A DNA stretch of 64,000 nt from Bacteroidota bacterium (lineage in GTDB: Bacteria > Bacteroidota > Bacteroidia > Bacteroidales > UBA7960): positions 15,641-79,640 of the forward strand of contig JBBISA010000005.1 in assembly GCA_037441525.1 (NCBI GenBank), read 5' to 3'. The first letter of the stretch is position 1; every line of letters begins with the position of its first letter. Shown one piece after another: positions 57,296 through 64,000 of the stretch. The translations under genes and the position numbers were made by a program. A model generated the notes under the pieces. The model was not told the DNA's origin. It saw nothing but the letters and a program-made list of their open reading frames with translations, and made no database searches.

Positions 57296-57333
57296 AAAAA
57301 AAGGCCGTTTCGGTGAGAAACAGCCTTTTTTTT
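57296..57333 (-). terminator. Rho-independent terminator after the ferredoxin gene (A and T runs on both sides, potentially bidirectional)
   Basis: The sequence reads aaaaaaa-ggccgtttc-ggtga-gaaacagcc-tttttttt: a 9-bp stem with one mismatch. It lies 35 nt downstream of the ferredoxin stop. Confidence 0.65.
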
Positions 57334-57367
57334 GTGCGTGTCTGCGGTAAGCAGAAATCATGCGGTT

Positions 57368-57535
57368 TTAGGCAGGATGGATAGCCTCAACGGGGCAAAC
57401 ATCAGCACACGAACCGCAGTCAGTGCATACATCAGGATCGATTTTATAGATGTCTCCTTCAGATATTGCGTCAACGGGACATTCGTCGATGCAACTGCCA
57501 CATGCAGTACAATCTTCAGTGATTATATAAGCCAT
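57368..57535 (-). CDS. fdx: 2x[4Fe-4S] ferredoxin (55 aa); absent from the ORF track because it is under 60 aa
   Basis: Manual translation gives MAYIITEDCTACGSCIDECPVDAISEGDIYKIDPDVCTDCGSCADVCPVEAIHPA. It contains two CxxCxxCxxxCP motifs. The gene has its own -7 box upstream and a hairpin terminator downstream. Confidence 0.9.
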   Translation of the reverse strand: MAYIITEDCTACGSCIDECPVDAISEGDIYKIDPDVCTDCGSCADVCPVEAIHPA

Positions 57536-57577
57536 TGCAATTAAAATTTAGTTAGTAAATTAATGTGATTTCCGTTG

Positions 57578-57585
57578 CAAATATA
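57578..57585 (-). promoter_or_regulatory. -7 box (TATATTTG on the minus strand) for the ferredoxin gene
   Basis: The plus strand reads caaatata, 43 nt upstream of the ferredoxin ATG. Confidence 0.45.
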
Positions 57586-57724
57586 AATGCTTAATCTGAA
57601 CTAACTGAAAAAAAAATGTTCTGTTTACCTTATTTGAAATGGTTTTAAATAGTGAAAAAAATAAACGATTGATTTATTAAGCTCATGTAATGGGTTAATT
57701 AGACCAACACCATATATTTTACCC

Positions 57725-58432
57725 TTAGAGATAGTTGATGGGTTTGCAGGCCTTACTTATTTCGCGTTTGCCTGCCGGTCCGGGAAGTTTGGAAACAACA
57801 AATCCGGCATTTTGCATGGCTCGTCGCACAGCACTTTTCGAACAATAGGTTACCAGAATACCCCCACTTTTCATGGCATCGAACAACAATTTAAAGACAT
57901 CTTCGCTCCAGAGTTCGGGCTGGGTATCGAATCCGAAGGCATCGAAATACACCAGATGATACTTGCCGGGTGGCAAATGGCCTTCCAAAATTCCTTTGGC
58001 AAAACACCTCACAAAAAAATAATCCTGTATGTTTTCATACTTAACCGGACCTGCCCGATGAATACGTTCAAAAAGGTCATGGTTCCAGGTTTCTTCAAAA
58101 AACAGGGGGTAATTAAGCTCCGTGGTTAGTGTTTTTGGCAACGGACGAGGTTCAAAGGCTTCATAGATAATTCTTGTTTTATTCAACACTGCATAACGAG
58201 CTGTTAGAAAAGCATTCAATCCGGTGCCCATGCCAACTTCGAGCACAAACAAGGGATTTGGAACCGGAACAAAAGCTTCGAGCCCACTTTTTATAAACAC
58301 ATGCTGCGACTCCTGCATAGCGCCGTTTACCGAATGATATTGCTCATCGAAACCGGCAAGTTTAAGTGTATGCGAACCGTCAGCTGTTTTTATCAGCAAA
58401 GGTTCAAATGGGTCTGATGCCAAATGGTTCAT
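57725..58432 (-). CDS. mnmD: tRNA (mnm5s2U34)-methyltransferase, stand-alone MnmC methyltransferase domain (MnmD-type)
   Basis: 235 aa. TADGSHTL...YHSVNGAMQESQHVFI N-terminus, DAFxxxxxPELW, and GGILVTYCSKSAVRRAMxxAGF. Confidence 0.8.
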   Translation of the reverse strand: MNHLASDPFEPLLIKTADGSHTLKLAGFDEQYHSVNGAMQESQHVFIKSGLEAFVPVPNPLFVLEVGMGTGLNAFLTARYAVLNKTRIIYEAFEPRPLPKTLTTELNYPLFFEETWNHDLFERIHRAGPVKYENIQDYFFVRCFAKGILEGHLPPGKYHLVYFDAFGFDTQPELWSEDVFKLLFDAMKSGGILVTYCSKSAVRRAMQNAGFVVSKLPGPAGKREISKACKPINYL

Positions 58433-58492
58433 TGTTCAGAATTATCAACCTGGTTAAAAGGAAGGACTTTATTGGCGAAATAAAAAATTGAT

Positions 58493-59212
58493 TTACGATT
58501 TAACTGAAAACAACCTTGCTACATAGTTATGGGTATCTCCCTGAAAAAACAACTCGCTATCCAACCCCACCTCATGGGCAACGTGGCTGAGATTGTCGAA
58601 ATCGACAAACAACCAGGGGAAAGGTTCACCACTGAGTTTTTTGTAGGATACCTGGTAGTTGATTTCTCCATAATAATTGCCCGCAAGGTTTATCATAACT
58701 GAGCCATCTTCATCTTCATACATATACAAAATATCGGTCGATTCAAGGTAAACCGAACCACCCGGTGCAAGCAAAGATGCTGCTTTGGTTAACAGGTAAG
58801 TGAGCCCATGAAGGCTTCGGGCCATCCCGGTTCCGTTCATCAAAAAAAGAATAGTATCAAATTTTTCATCATCAAGGCTAAAAAAGTCCTGTAGTCGAGC
58901 ATCTTTGATTCCACGCTGTTTCATACAATTCACTGCTCCTATGCTAATATCAATGGCTGTAACATTAAACCCTTTTCCCTGAAGATAAAGTGCATGAGAA
59001 CCTGCACCGGCGCCAACATCAAGCACCCTGCCTTTGCATTGGTTTAGCACCATTTGTTCCCAAAAGGGCATCTGCTCAAATTCTCTGAAAAAATAGGCTA
59101 CCGGTAATTTTTCATTACCACCTATATCAACTTTTACTTTCAAATTTTCTCTGGTATTTCCGGCCAGATAATCGTGAAAGGCAATACTGAAGATATCGGG
59201 ACTCTGACTCAT
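58493..59212 (-). CDS. Class I SAM-dependent methyltransferase
   Basis: Motif I VLDVGAGAGSHALYL and an acidic post-I residue (AIDIS). The substrate cannot be inferred. Confidence 0.75.
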   Translation of the reverse strand: MSQSPDIFSIAFHDYLAGNTRENLKVKVDIGGNEKLPVAYFFREFEQMPFWEQMVLNQCKGRVLDVGAGAGSHALYLQGKGFNVTAIDISIGAVNCMKQRGIKDARLQDFFSLDDEKFDTILFLMNGTGMARSLHGLTYLLTKAASLLAPGGSVYLESTDILYMYEDEDGSVMINLAGNYYGEINYQVSYKKLSGEPFPWLFVDFDNLSHVAHEVGLDSELFFQGDTHNYVARLFSVKS

Positions 59213-59490
59213 AAAATCTACAATTACTCAATAACAATTACCATAAGGCTACAAAAAATTTCAAAATCAAAATTAGAAAAATATATCCCGTTCATGGGTT
59301 ATTTCCAGCTTGTTTGTGATGAAAAATGGTTTCTTTCCATTGAAAAACAGTTTCTTCCTATAATCGTTGCAATTCATCAAAATAAATTCTAACTTTATAG
59401 AAAAAGGTCGCAAAATCGGCTTAATCCTTCCCCTTGATGCAGAAAATCACGACCCAAAAATCAACTTTGCTTCATTAAACAATCAAAACT

Positions 59491-60735
59491 ATGAAAGATT
59501 TTTTGGATAACCCCGAAATTAAATCCCTGGTAAAAGCAGTGGAAGAAATTGCAAAAAGCGGAAAACATTTCTCTGACATTCATGACGATGAAGGAAATCA
59601 GTATGTTGACCTGGTGCAGGAAGGTGGTGGTGTATTGGGTGTAGCGCTGGTGGGATATACCTACATGCTCGAAAAAGCCGGAATACGTTTTTTCAGCCTG
59701 GCAGGTACTTCGGCCGGGGCAATCAACACTATGATAATAGCAGGTTTGGGTACAGTTGACCAGCCAAAATCTGAAAAAATCCTTGATATTCTCGGCCGTA
59801 AAAATCTCTTCGACCTGGTGGATGGTCCCAATGCAGTAAAAAAACTCATTCGCAAGGCAATTCGCGGCGAATCGGGCGTTGGGTTGGTGGTAGCATTGAA
59901 TATAGGGGTATTATACCACTCGGTTACACGCAGACTTGGGTTAAACCCCGGAAAGAATTTTGAAAACTGGATAACCGATGAACTTGCATCGGTGGGAATA
60001 AAAACCATGAGCGACATCAAGCGACTAAGAAGCAAGCTGCCCAAGGGGCTAAAACATACCGGCGGTGGCTCTGTGGAAGGTCTTGAACCAAAACTTGCCA
60101 TCATTGCAGCCGATATTACCACACATAGCAAAATTGAGTTTCCCCGAATGTCGGAATTGTTTTTTGCAGACCCTGACAGCCAAACCCCTGCCAAATTAGT
60201 GCGCACATCCATGTCGATTCCAATTTTCTTCGAACCGGTAACCTTCAAAGACATTCCCAACAACGGAAAAATCAACGACCCACGCTGGTATGAGCATTGC
60301 AGGTACAGCGGCCCGGTACCCGCTGATGTTAGTTTTGTTGATGGTGGCTTATTGTCCAACTTTCCTATCAATGTTTTCCATCGGTCCGATGGCGGCGTTC
60401 CCCGAATGCCAACTTTTGGCGTCAGGCTGAGCACCTATCGCGAAGAGTTTACCGAAATAAAAGGATTAAAAAATATGCTGGGAGCCATGATTAGTTCCAT
60501 GCGGCAGATTCATGATTATGACTTTTTACTTCGGAATCCTGATTATTCTCAACTCATCTGCCCTATAAATGCCGACAGGGAGTTTAACTGGCTAAACTTC
60601 GATGTATCGCGGGCCGACCAGGTAAAGATGTTCGTGCATGGCGCCAGGGCAGCAGTTAATTTCCTCAATCAATTCCACTGGGAAAAATATAAGGAAACAC
60701 GGGCTCAATTGGCTCAGGTAAAGAAAAACCAATAA
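59491..60735 (+). CDS. Patatin-like phospholipase
   Basis: 414 aa. Oxyanion-hole GGGVLG, nucleophile elbow GTSAG, and catalytic Asp in VDGGLLSNFP. Confidence 0.85.
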   Translation: MKDFLDNPEIKSLVKAVEEIAKSGKHFSDIHDDEGNQYVDLVQEGGGVLGVALVGYTYMLEKAGIRFFSLAGTSAGAINTMIIAGLGTVDQPKSEKILDILGRKNLFDLVDGPNAVKKLIRKAIRGESGVGLVVALNIGVLYHSVTRRLGLNPGKNFENWITDELASVGIKTMSDIKRLRSKLPKGLKHTGGGSVEGLEPKLAIIAADITTHSKIEFPRMSELFFADPDSQTPAKLVRTSMSIPIFFEPVTFKDIPNNGKINDPRWYEHCRYSGPVPADVSFVDGGLLSNFPINVFHRSDGGVPRMPTFGVRLSTYREEFTEIKGLKNMLGAMISSMRQIHDYDFLLRNPDYSQLICPINADREFNWLNFDVSRADQVKMFVHGARAAVNFLNQFHWEKYKETRAQLAQVKKNQ

Positions 60736-60819
60736 AAGAACATCAGGTTTCATTCTTTAGCAAAACCTATTTCAGGCGTTTTTTTTTAATTTCGTGCATC
60801 CAATTAAATTCTTTATGGT

Positions 60820-61515
60820 ATGACACGAAAAAGGATTGTAGTCCTTACCGGGGCAGGTATCAGTGCTGAAAGCGGTATAAGCACCTTTCGCGACAGCGGG
60901 GGATTATGGGAAAAATACGATATTTCTGAAGTGGCCACACCTCAAGCCTGGAGCCGAAACCAGCAACTCGTGCTTGATTTTTACAACCAACGGCGTAAAC
61001 AACTGCTCGAGGTTAAACCCAATCAGGCCCACTACGCTCTGTTTGCTTTGGAAGAAAAATTTGATGTACAGATTGTTACCCAAAATGTTGACGACCTGCA
61101 CGAACGGGCAGGGTCAACCCACATTCTGCATTTGCATGGAGAGTTGAAAAAAGTCAGAAGCACCATAGACGAAAACCTGATTTATGAACTCGATGGCTGG
61201 GAACTGAAAAAAGGCGACAACTGCGAAAAGGGCTCTCAACTAAGGCCCCATATTGTCTGGTTTGGCGAAGAGGTTCCACTTATCCCAAAAGCTGCCGAAA
61301 TTTGCTCAACTGCCGATATTATGATGGTAATAGGCACATCTCTCAATGTTTATCCTGCTGCGGGACTGGTAAACTATGCCCCTTTGGGCTGTCCGGTTTA
61401 TGTTATCGACCCTGCCGAAGTGAATGTATCCCACATCCCCGGGGTAGTTTTCATCCGCGAAAAAGCATCGAAGGGAACAGGTGAAATTGTGGCACAACTC
61501 TTAGCGACAGCCTGA
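60820..61515 (+). CDS. cobB: NAD-dependent protein deacylase (sirtuin, CobB-like)
   Basis: 231 aa. GAGISAESGISTFR, QNVDDLHERAG, catalytic His in LHLHGEL, and GTSLNVYPAA. The usual CxxC Zn ligands are absent. Confidence 0.85.
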   Translation: MTRKRIVVLTGAGISAESGISTFRDSGGLWEKYDISEVATPQAWSRNQQLVLDFYNQRRKQLLEVKPNQAHYALFALEEKFDVQIVTQNVDDLHERAGSTHILHLHGELKKVRSTIDENLIYELDGWELKKGDNCEKGSQLRPHIVWFGEEVPLIPKAAEICSTADIMMVIGTSLNVYPAAGLVNYAPLGCPVYVIDPAEVNVSHIPGVVFIREKASKGTGEIVAQLLATA

Positions 61516-61517
61516 CC

Positions 61518-62060
61518 ATGCAAAAACTATCCATGGACGACCTGGGACGGATAACTCCCGATGAATACAAATCGGGAATAAAACTTCCGGTTGTAATAGT
61601 ACTCGACAATATCCGCAGTATGATGAATATTGGGTCGGTGTTTCGCACTGCTGATGCCTTCAGGGTTGAACGGATAATTTTGTGTGGCATCACAGCAACT
61701 CCTCCCAACAAAGAGATTCATAAAACAGCGCTGGGTGCAACAGAATCAGTAGAATGGCAATACTTTCCTGAAACAATTGATGCAATTAAAGACCTTAGGG
61801 CAAGGGGGTACAAAATATTTGCATTGGAACAAACCACCGGAAGCATTTACCTGGACCGGTTTTTACCTGAAAATAACATACCTCATGCCCTGGTATTTGG
61901 CAATGAAGTAAAGGGTGTGCAGGATGAAGTTCTATCCTTGTGCCATGGGGCAATTGAAATACCTCAATTTGGCACCAAACACTCTTTCAATATTTCAGTA
62001 TCGGTGGGGATTGCCTTGTGGGATTTTTTTTCGAAAACAAAAGTGGATTTCCATCTATAA
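61518..62060 (+). CDS. TrmH/SpoU-family RNA 2'-O-methyltransferase
   Basis: 180 aa. SPOUT motifs NIGSVFRTADAF, LVFGNEVKGV and IPQFGTKHSFNISVSVGIALW. Confidence 0.8.
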   Translation: MQKLSMDDLGRITPDEYKSGIKLPVVIVLDNIRSMMNIGSVFRTADAFRVERIILCGITATPPNKEIHKTALGATESVEWQYFPETIDAIKDLRARGYKIFALEQTTGSIYLDRFLPENNIPHALVFGNEVKGVQDEVLSLCHGAIEIPQFGTKHSFNISVSVGIALWDFFSKTKVDFHL

Positions 62061-62174
62061 AGCTATCGGCAAAAAAACAATACTGTTCGTAGCCGAAAAA
62101 TAATTGACCGGGGGTTTGCAACCTTTACCGGAAATTTTGAATCTGACAGGCAGTTTTATCAGGCTTGTCTGCCC

Positions 62175-62864
62175 TTAATGCCCCTTATCATGGTCAGCCT
62201 GAAATTTGAATCCAAGTCGCTTACCTGTTTTGATTTTCATTTCGGCCGAATTTTCCCATACTTCAGATACGGTAATCTCCTTTAATAAATCGTATGGTGG
62301 TGAAAGCAAGTCGAAATCGATACTGTAAAGCATTGCTGATTCAATGATTCTGCGCAAAGTCATTTGGTTAATGGGTTCATTCATAAACTGATTGAAATAG
62401 AACCCTGTTTGATGCTTCCCCTCAACAAGAAAATGGCGCTCCTTATTTATAAAAAGCCTTGCAACCAGATATCCCAAATCGTTGAAACGATTGTAGCGAA
62501 AAGAATCAGTAAGAAAATTATAAATATGAATAACCCCGCTGTAAGAACGGTCTTTATCAGCCATGATGTAAGATGTCCGCATTACATCGTGCGCTCTTGG
62601 AAATTCAAAAACATTGGTATGCATTGTAAAGAGCAGGGTATCGCCAGCGAATCGCAACTCAGCTTCAAACTCACCCTTATCCTGAAAATCAACACGAATT
62701 TGCCTTTTGTCTTCGGCAATCTTTTTTTCCATTTCATGCCTTATCAGGTTGCCAACCAGCTTCAATTCCTGAAAAGTTTCATAGGTGTTCCTGTATATCA
62801 GTTGTTTGAGGGAAGCTTTCTTTACCAGTTTATCATAAAATCGAAGGTCGTTTTCCTGTTCCAC
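62175..62864 (-). CDS. Hypothetical protein (no recognisable motif)
   Basis: 229-aa ORF with coding-like composition and no TM helix or signal peptide. It is convergent with the TrmH-family gene and divergent from trmD. Confidence 0.55.
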   Translation of the reverse strand: MEQENDLRFYDKLVKKASLKQLIYRNTYETFQELKLVGNLIRHEMEKKIAEDKRQIRVDFQDKGEFEAELRFAGDTLLFTMHTNVFEFPRAHDVMRTSYIMADKDRSYSGVIHIYNFLTDSFRYNRFNDLGYLVARLFINKERHFLVEGKHQTGFYFNQFMNEPINQMTLRRIIESAMLYSIDFDLLSPPYDLLKEITVSEVWENSAEMKIKTGKRLGFKFQADHDKGH

Positions 62865-63064
62865 GAGGTTAATGATTTTAATTAATTTGTGTCATTTAAT
62901 CCCTTTTTATTGATTCTCAACTTTTATAAAAAGTGAATCAGAGCGGCAAATATAGAGAAATATCCGGTTTATGCATCCTAAATATTCAGGCTCAACCCGA
63001 TTTGTATATGTCAGTCATCAATACCTGCAGAAGGACACATGGGCGGAGATAACCTCAAAAATCC

Positions 63065-63072
63065 TACTTTTG
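63065..63072 (+). promoter_or_regulatory. -7 box (TACTTTTG) for trmD
   Basis: Exact TAnnTTTG match 13 nt upstream of the ATG at 63085. This argues against the longer track ORF that starts at 62971. Confidence 0.45.
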
Positions 63073-63084
63073 CAAAAAATATCT

Positions 63085-63792
63085 ATGCATCTCGATATTC
63101 TCACCATTTTCCCCGAAATGTTTCAGGGGCCTTTTTCGCACTCCATCGTAAAACGGGCTGTGGATAAGGGACTTGTAACCATTAACCTTCACAACATCAG
63201 GGATTATGCCACCAACAAACATCGCAGAGTTGACGATTACCCTTTTGGAGGAGGTGCAGGCATGGTGATGATGATTGAACCGGTGCTGAATTGCATTAGC
63301 AAGCTGAAAACCCACCGTGCCTACGATGATATAATTTTCATGACCCCCGATGGTGAATTGTTCAACCAACCCATGGCCAATCAACTCTCCACCCTTCAAA
63401 ACATCATTATTTTGTGCGGCCATTACAAAGGGATTGATGAACGATTGCGCCAACACGTCATAACCCGCGAGATAAGCATTGGCGATTATGTGCTTTCGGG
63501 TGGCGAGCTGGCAGCAGCTGTGGTTTCAGACAGTATCATCAGGTTGTTGCCCGGTGTTTTAGGGGATGAAACGTCTGCCCTTTACGATTCATTTCAGGAT
63601 GGCCTGCTCTCCCCTCCTGTTTATACCCGTCCGGCCGATTACTATGGCTGGAAAGTTCCGGAAATACTACTTTCGGGTCACGACCAGAAAATTGCCGAAT
63701 GGCGGCACGAACAATCCATCGAACGAACAACAAAACGCCGTCCGTCGCTTATGCACAAACTCATTGAAGAATCGCCTGATAAGGGAAAATAA
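63085..63792 (+). CDS. trmD: tRNA (guanine37-N1)-methyltransferase
   Basis: Trimmed to [17 protein letters not shown], the canonical TrmD N-terminus. [24 protein letters not shown] and [11 protein letters not shown] motifs. Confidence 0.93.
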   Translation: MHLDILTIFPEMFQGPFSHSIVKRAVDKGLVTINLHNIRDYATNKHRRVDDYPFGGGAGMVMMIEPVLNCISKLKTHRAYDDIIFMTPDGELFNQPMANQLSTLQNIIILCGHYKGIDERLRQHVITREISIGDYVLSGGELAAAVVSDSIIRLLPGVLGDETSALYDSFQDGLLSPPVYTRPADYYGWKVPEILLSGHDQKIAEWRHEQSIERTTKRRPSLMHKLIEESPDKGK

Positions 63793-63828
63793 ATTTCCTA
63801 TAACTTTTTTTTATTTGAATTAAATCCC

Positions 63829-63836
63829 TAACTTTG
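63829..63836 (+). promoter_or_regulatory. -7 box (TAACTTTG) for rplS
   Basis: Exact TAnnTTTG match 93 nt upstream of the rplS ATG. Confidence 0.4.
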
Positions 63837-63928
63837 CACTCCGTTTTTAAAAGGAAAATAACATAAAATACTCATATTGAACGCCTCCCGTGGGGGCCAA
63901 TGCCATAACCGATAAATTATATTGTGTC

Positions 63929-64000
63929 ATGAACAAGATGGAAATAATGAATTTTGTACAGAACGCTGTGTCTGAAAAAAAGGAAGCCCCCGCATTCAAG
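63929..64000 (+). CDS. rplS: 50S ribosomal protein L19, first 24 codons (the gene runs off the right edge)
   Basis: MNKMEIMNFVQNAVSEKKEAPAFK resembles an L19 N-terminus (xxxIxxVExxxxKKxxPxFK), and the position downstream of trmD is the conserved one. Confidence 0.65.
   Translation, partial: MNKMEIMNFVQNAVSEKKEAPAFK

Noticed and set aside
57332-57544. The 70-aa plus-strand ORF in the tatC-mnmD spacer.
   Set aside because: It is antisense to a complete, motif-perfect ferredoxin gene that has its own promoter box and terminator. The plus-strand product has no recognisable features.
59174-59392. The 72-aa plus-strand ORF, and a near-direct repeat gaaaaatggtttctttcc / gaaaaacagtttcttcc, upstream of the patatin gene.
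   Set aside because: The ORF starts inside the methyltransferase gene on the opposite strand and runs through AT-rich spacer with no motif. The 17-18-nt repeat is imperfect, occurs only here, and I could not tie it to a promoter element.
59491-61515. The patatin-like phospholipase followed by a SIR2-family protein, considered as a possible anti-phage or NAD-depleting defence pair.
   Set aside because: The SIR2 protein is a short (231 aa) canonical CobB-type sirtuin with all deacylase motifs and no fused sensor or effector domains. The neighbours are tRNA/rRNA-modification and ribosomal genes. No nucleotide cyclase, STAND or TIR partner is present. Two unrelated housekeeping genes is the simpler reading.

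Overview
This 64-kb window looks like an ordinary chromosomal segment of a Bacteroidota genome, probably an anaerobe. The taxonomic cues are T9SS C-terminal sorting domains, TAnnTTTG-type -7 promoter boxes, a fused FeoA-FeoB and an hpt-adk-obg cluster. About 45 genes are confidently coding, and most are housekeeping: dxs, zupT, feoAB, recQ, obg, adk, hpt, fhs, tatC, trmD, the start of rplS, cobB, mnmD, pepT and an OPT transporter. A seven-gene heme operon (hemA-C-D-B-L-E-N) is present. There are also three paralogous hybrid histidine kinases and two large T9SS-secreted proteins, one a TIM-barrel glycosidase-like protein and the other a 1400-aa LTD-PA14-CotH protein. I found no CRISPR array, tRNA, rRNA, transposase, integrase, prophage or recognisable defence island, and I cannot point to a clear new multi-gene system. 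The most unusual signal is non-coding. A ~150-nt composite element ends in degenerate ACCCGAW heptad repeats, with a CCC tract every 7 nt. It occurs twice inside the heme operon, on either side of hemE, and a third partial copy lies between the OPT transporter and pepT. Each copy ends 25-33 nt before the next start codon and is C-rich on the mRNA strand. Other points worth a look:
- A 55-aa 2x[4Fe-4S] ferredoxin gene is missing from the ORF track.
- A perfect 19-bp palindrome lies over the feoAB promoter.
- A predicted secreted ankyrin-repeat protein carries a possible 8-stranded beta-barrel tail.
- A start-less ORF remnant follows directly, in frame, after a T9SS gene.
- An orphan parA has no parB beside it.
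All calls come from reading the sequence and recalling family motifs. No database search was run.
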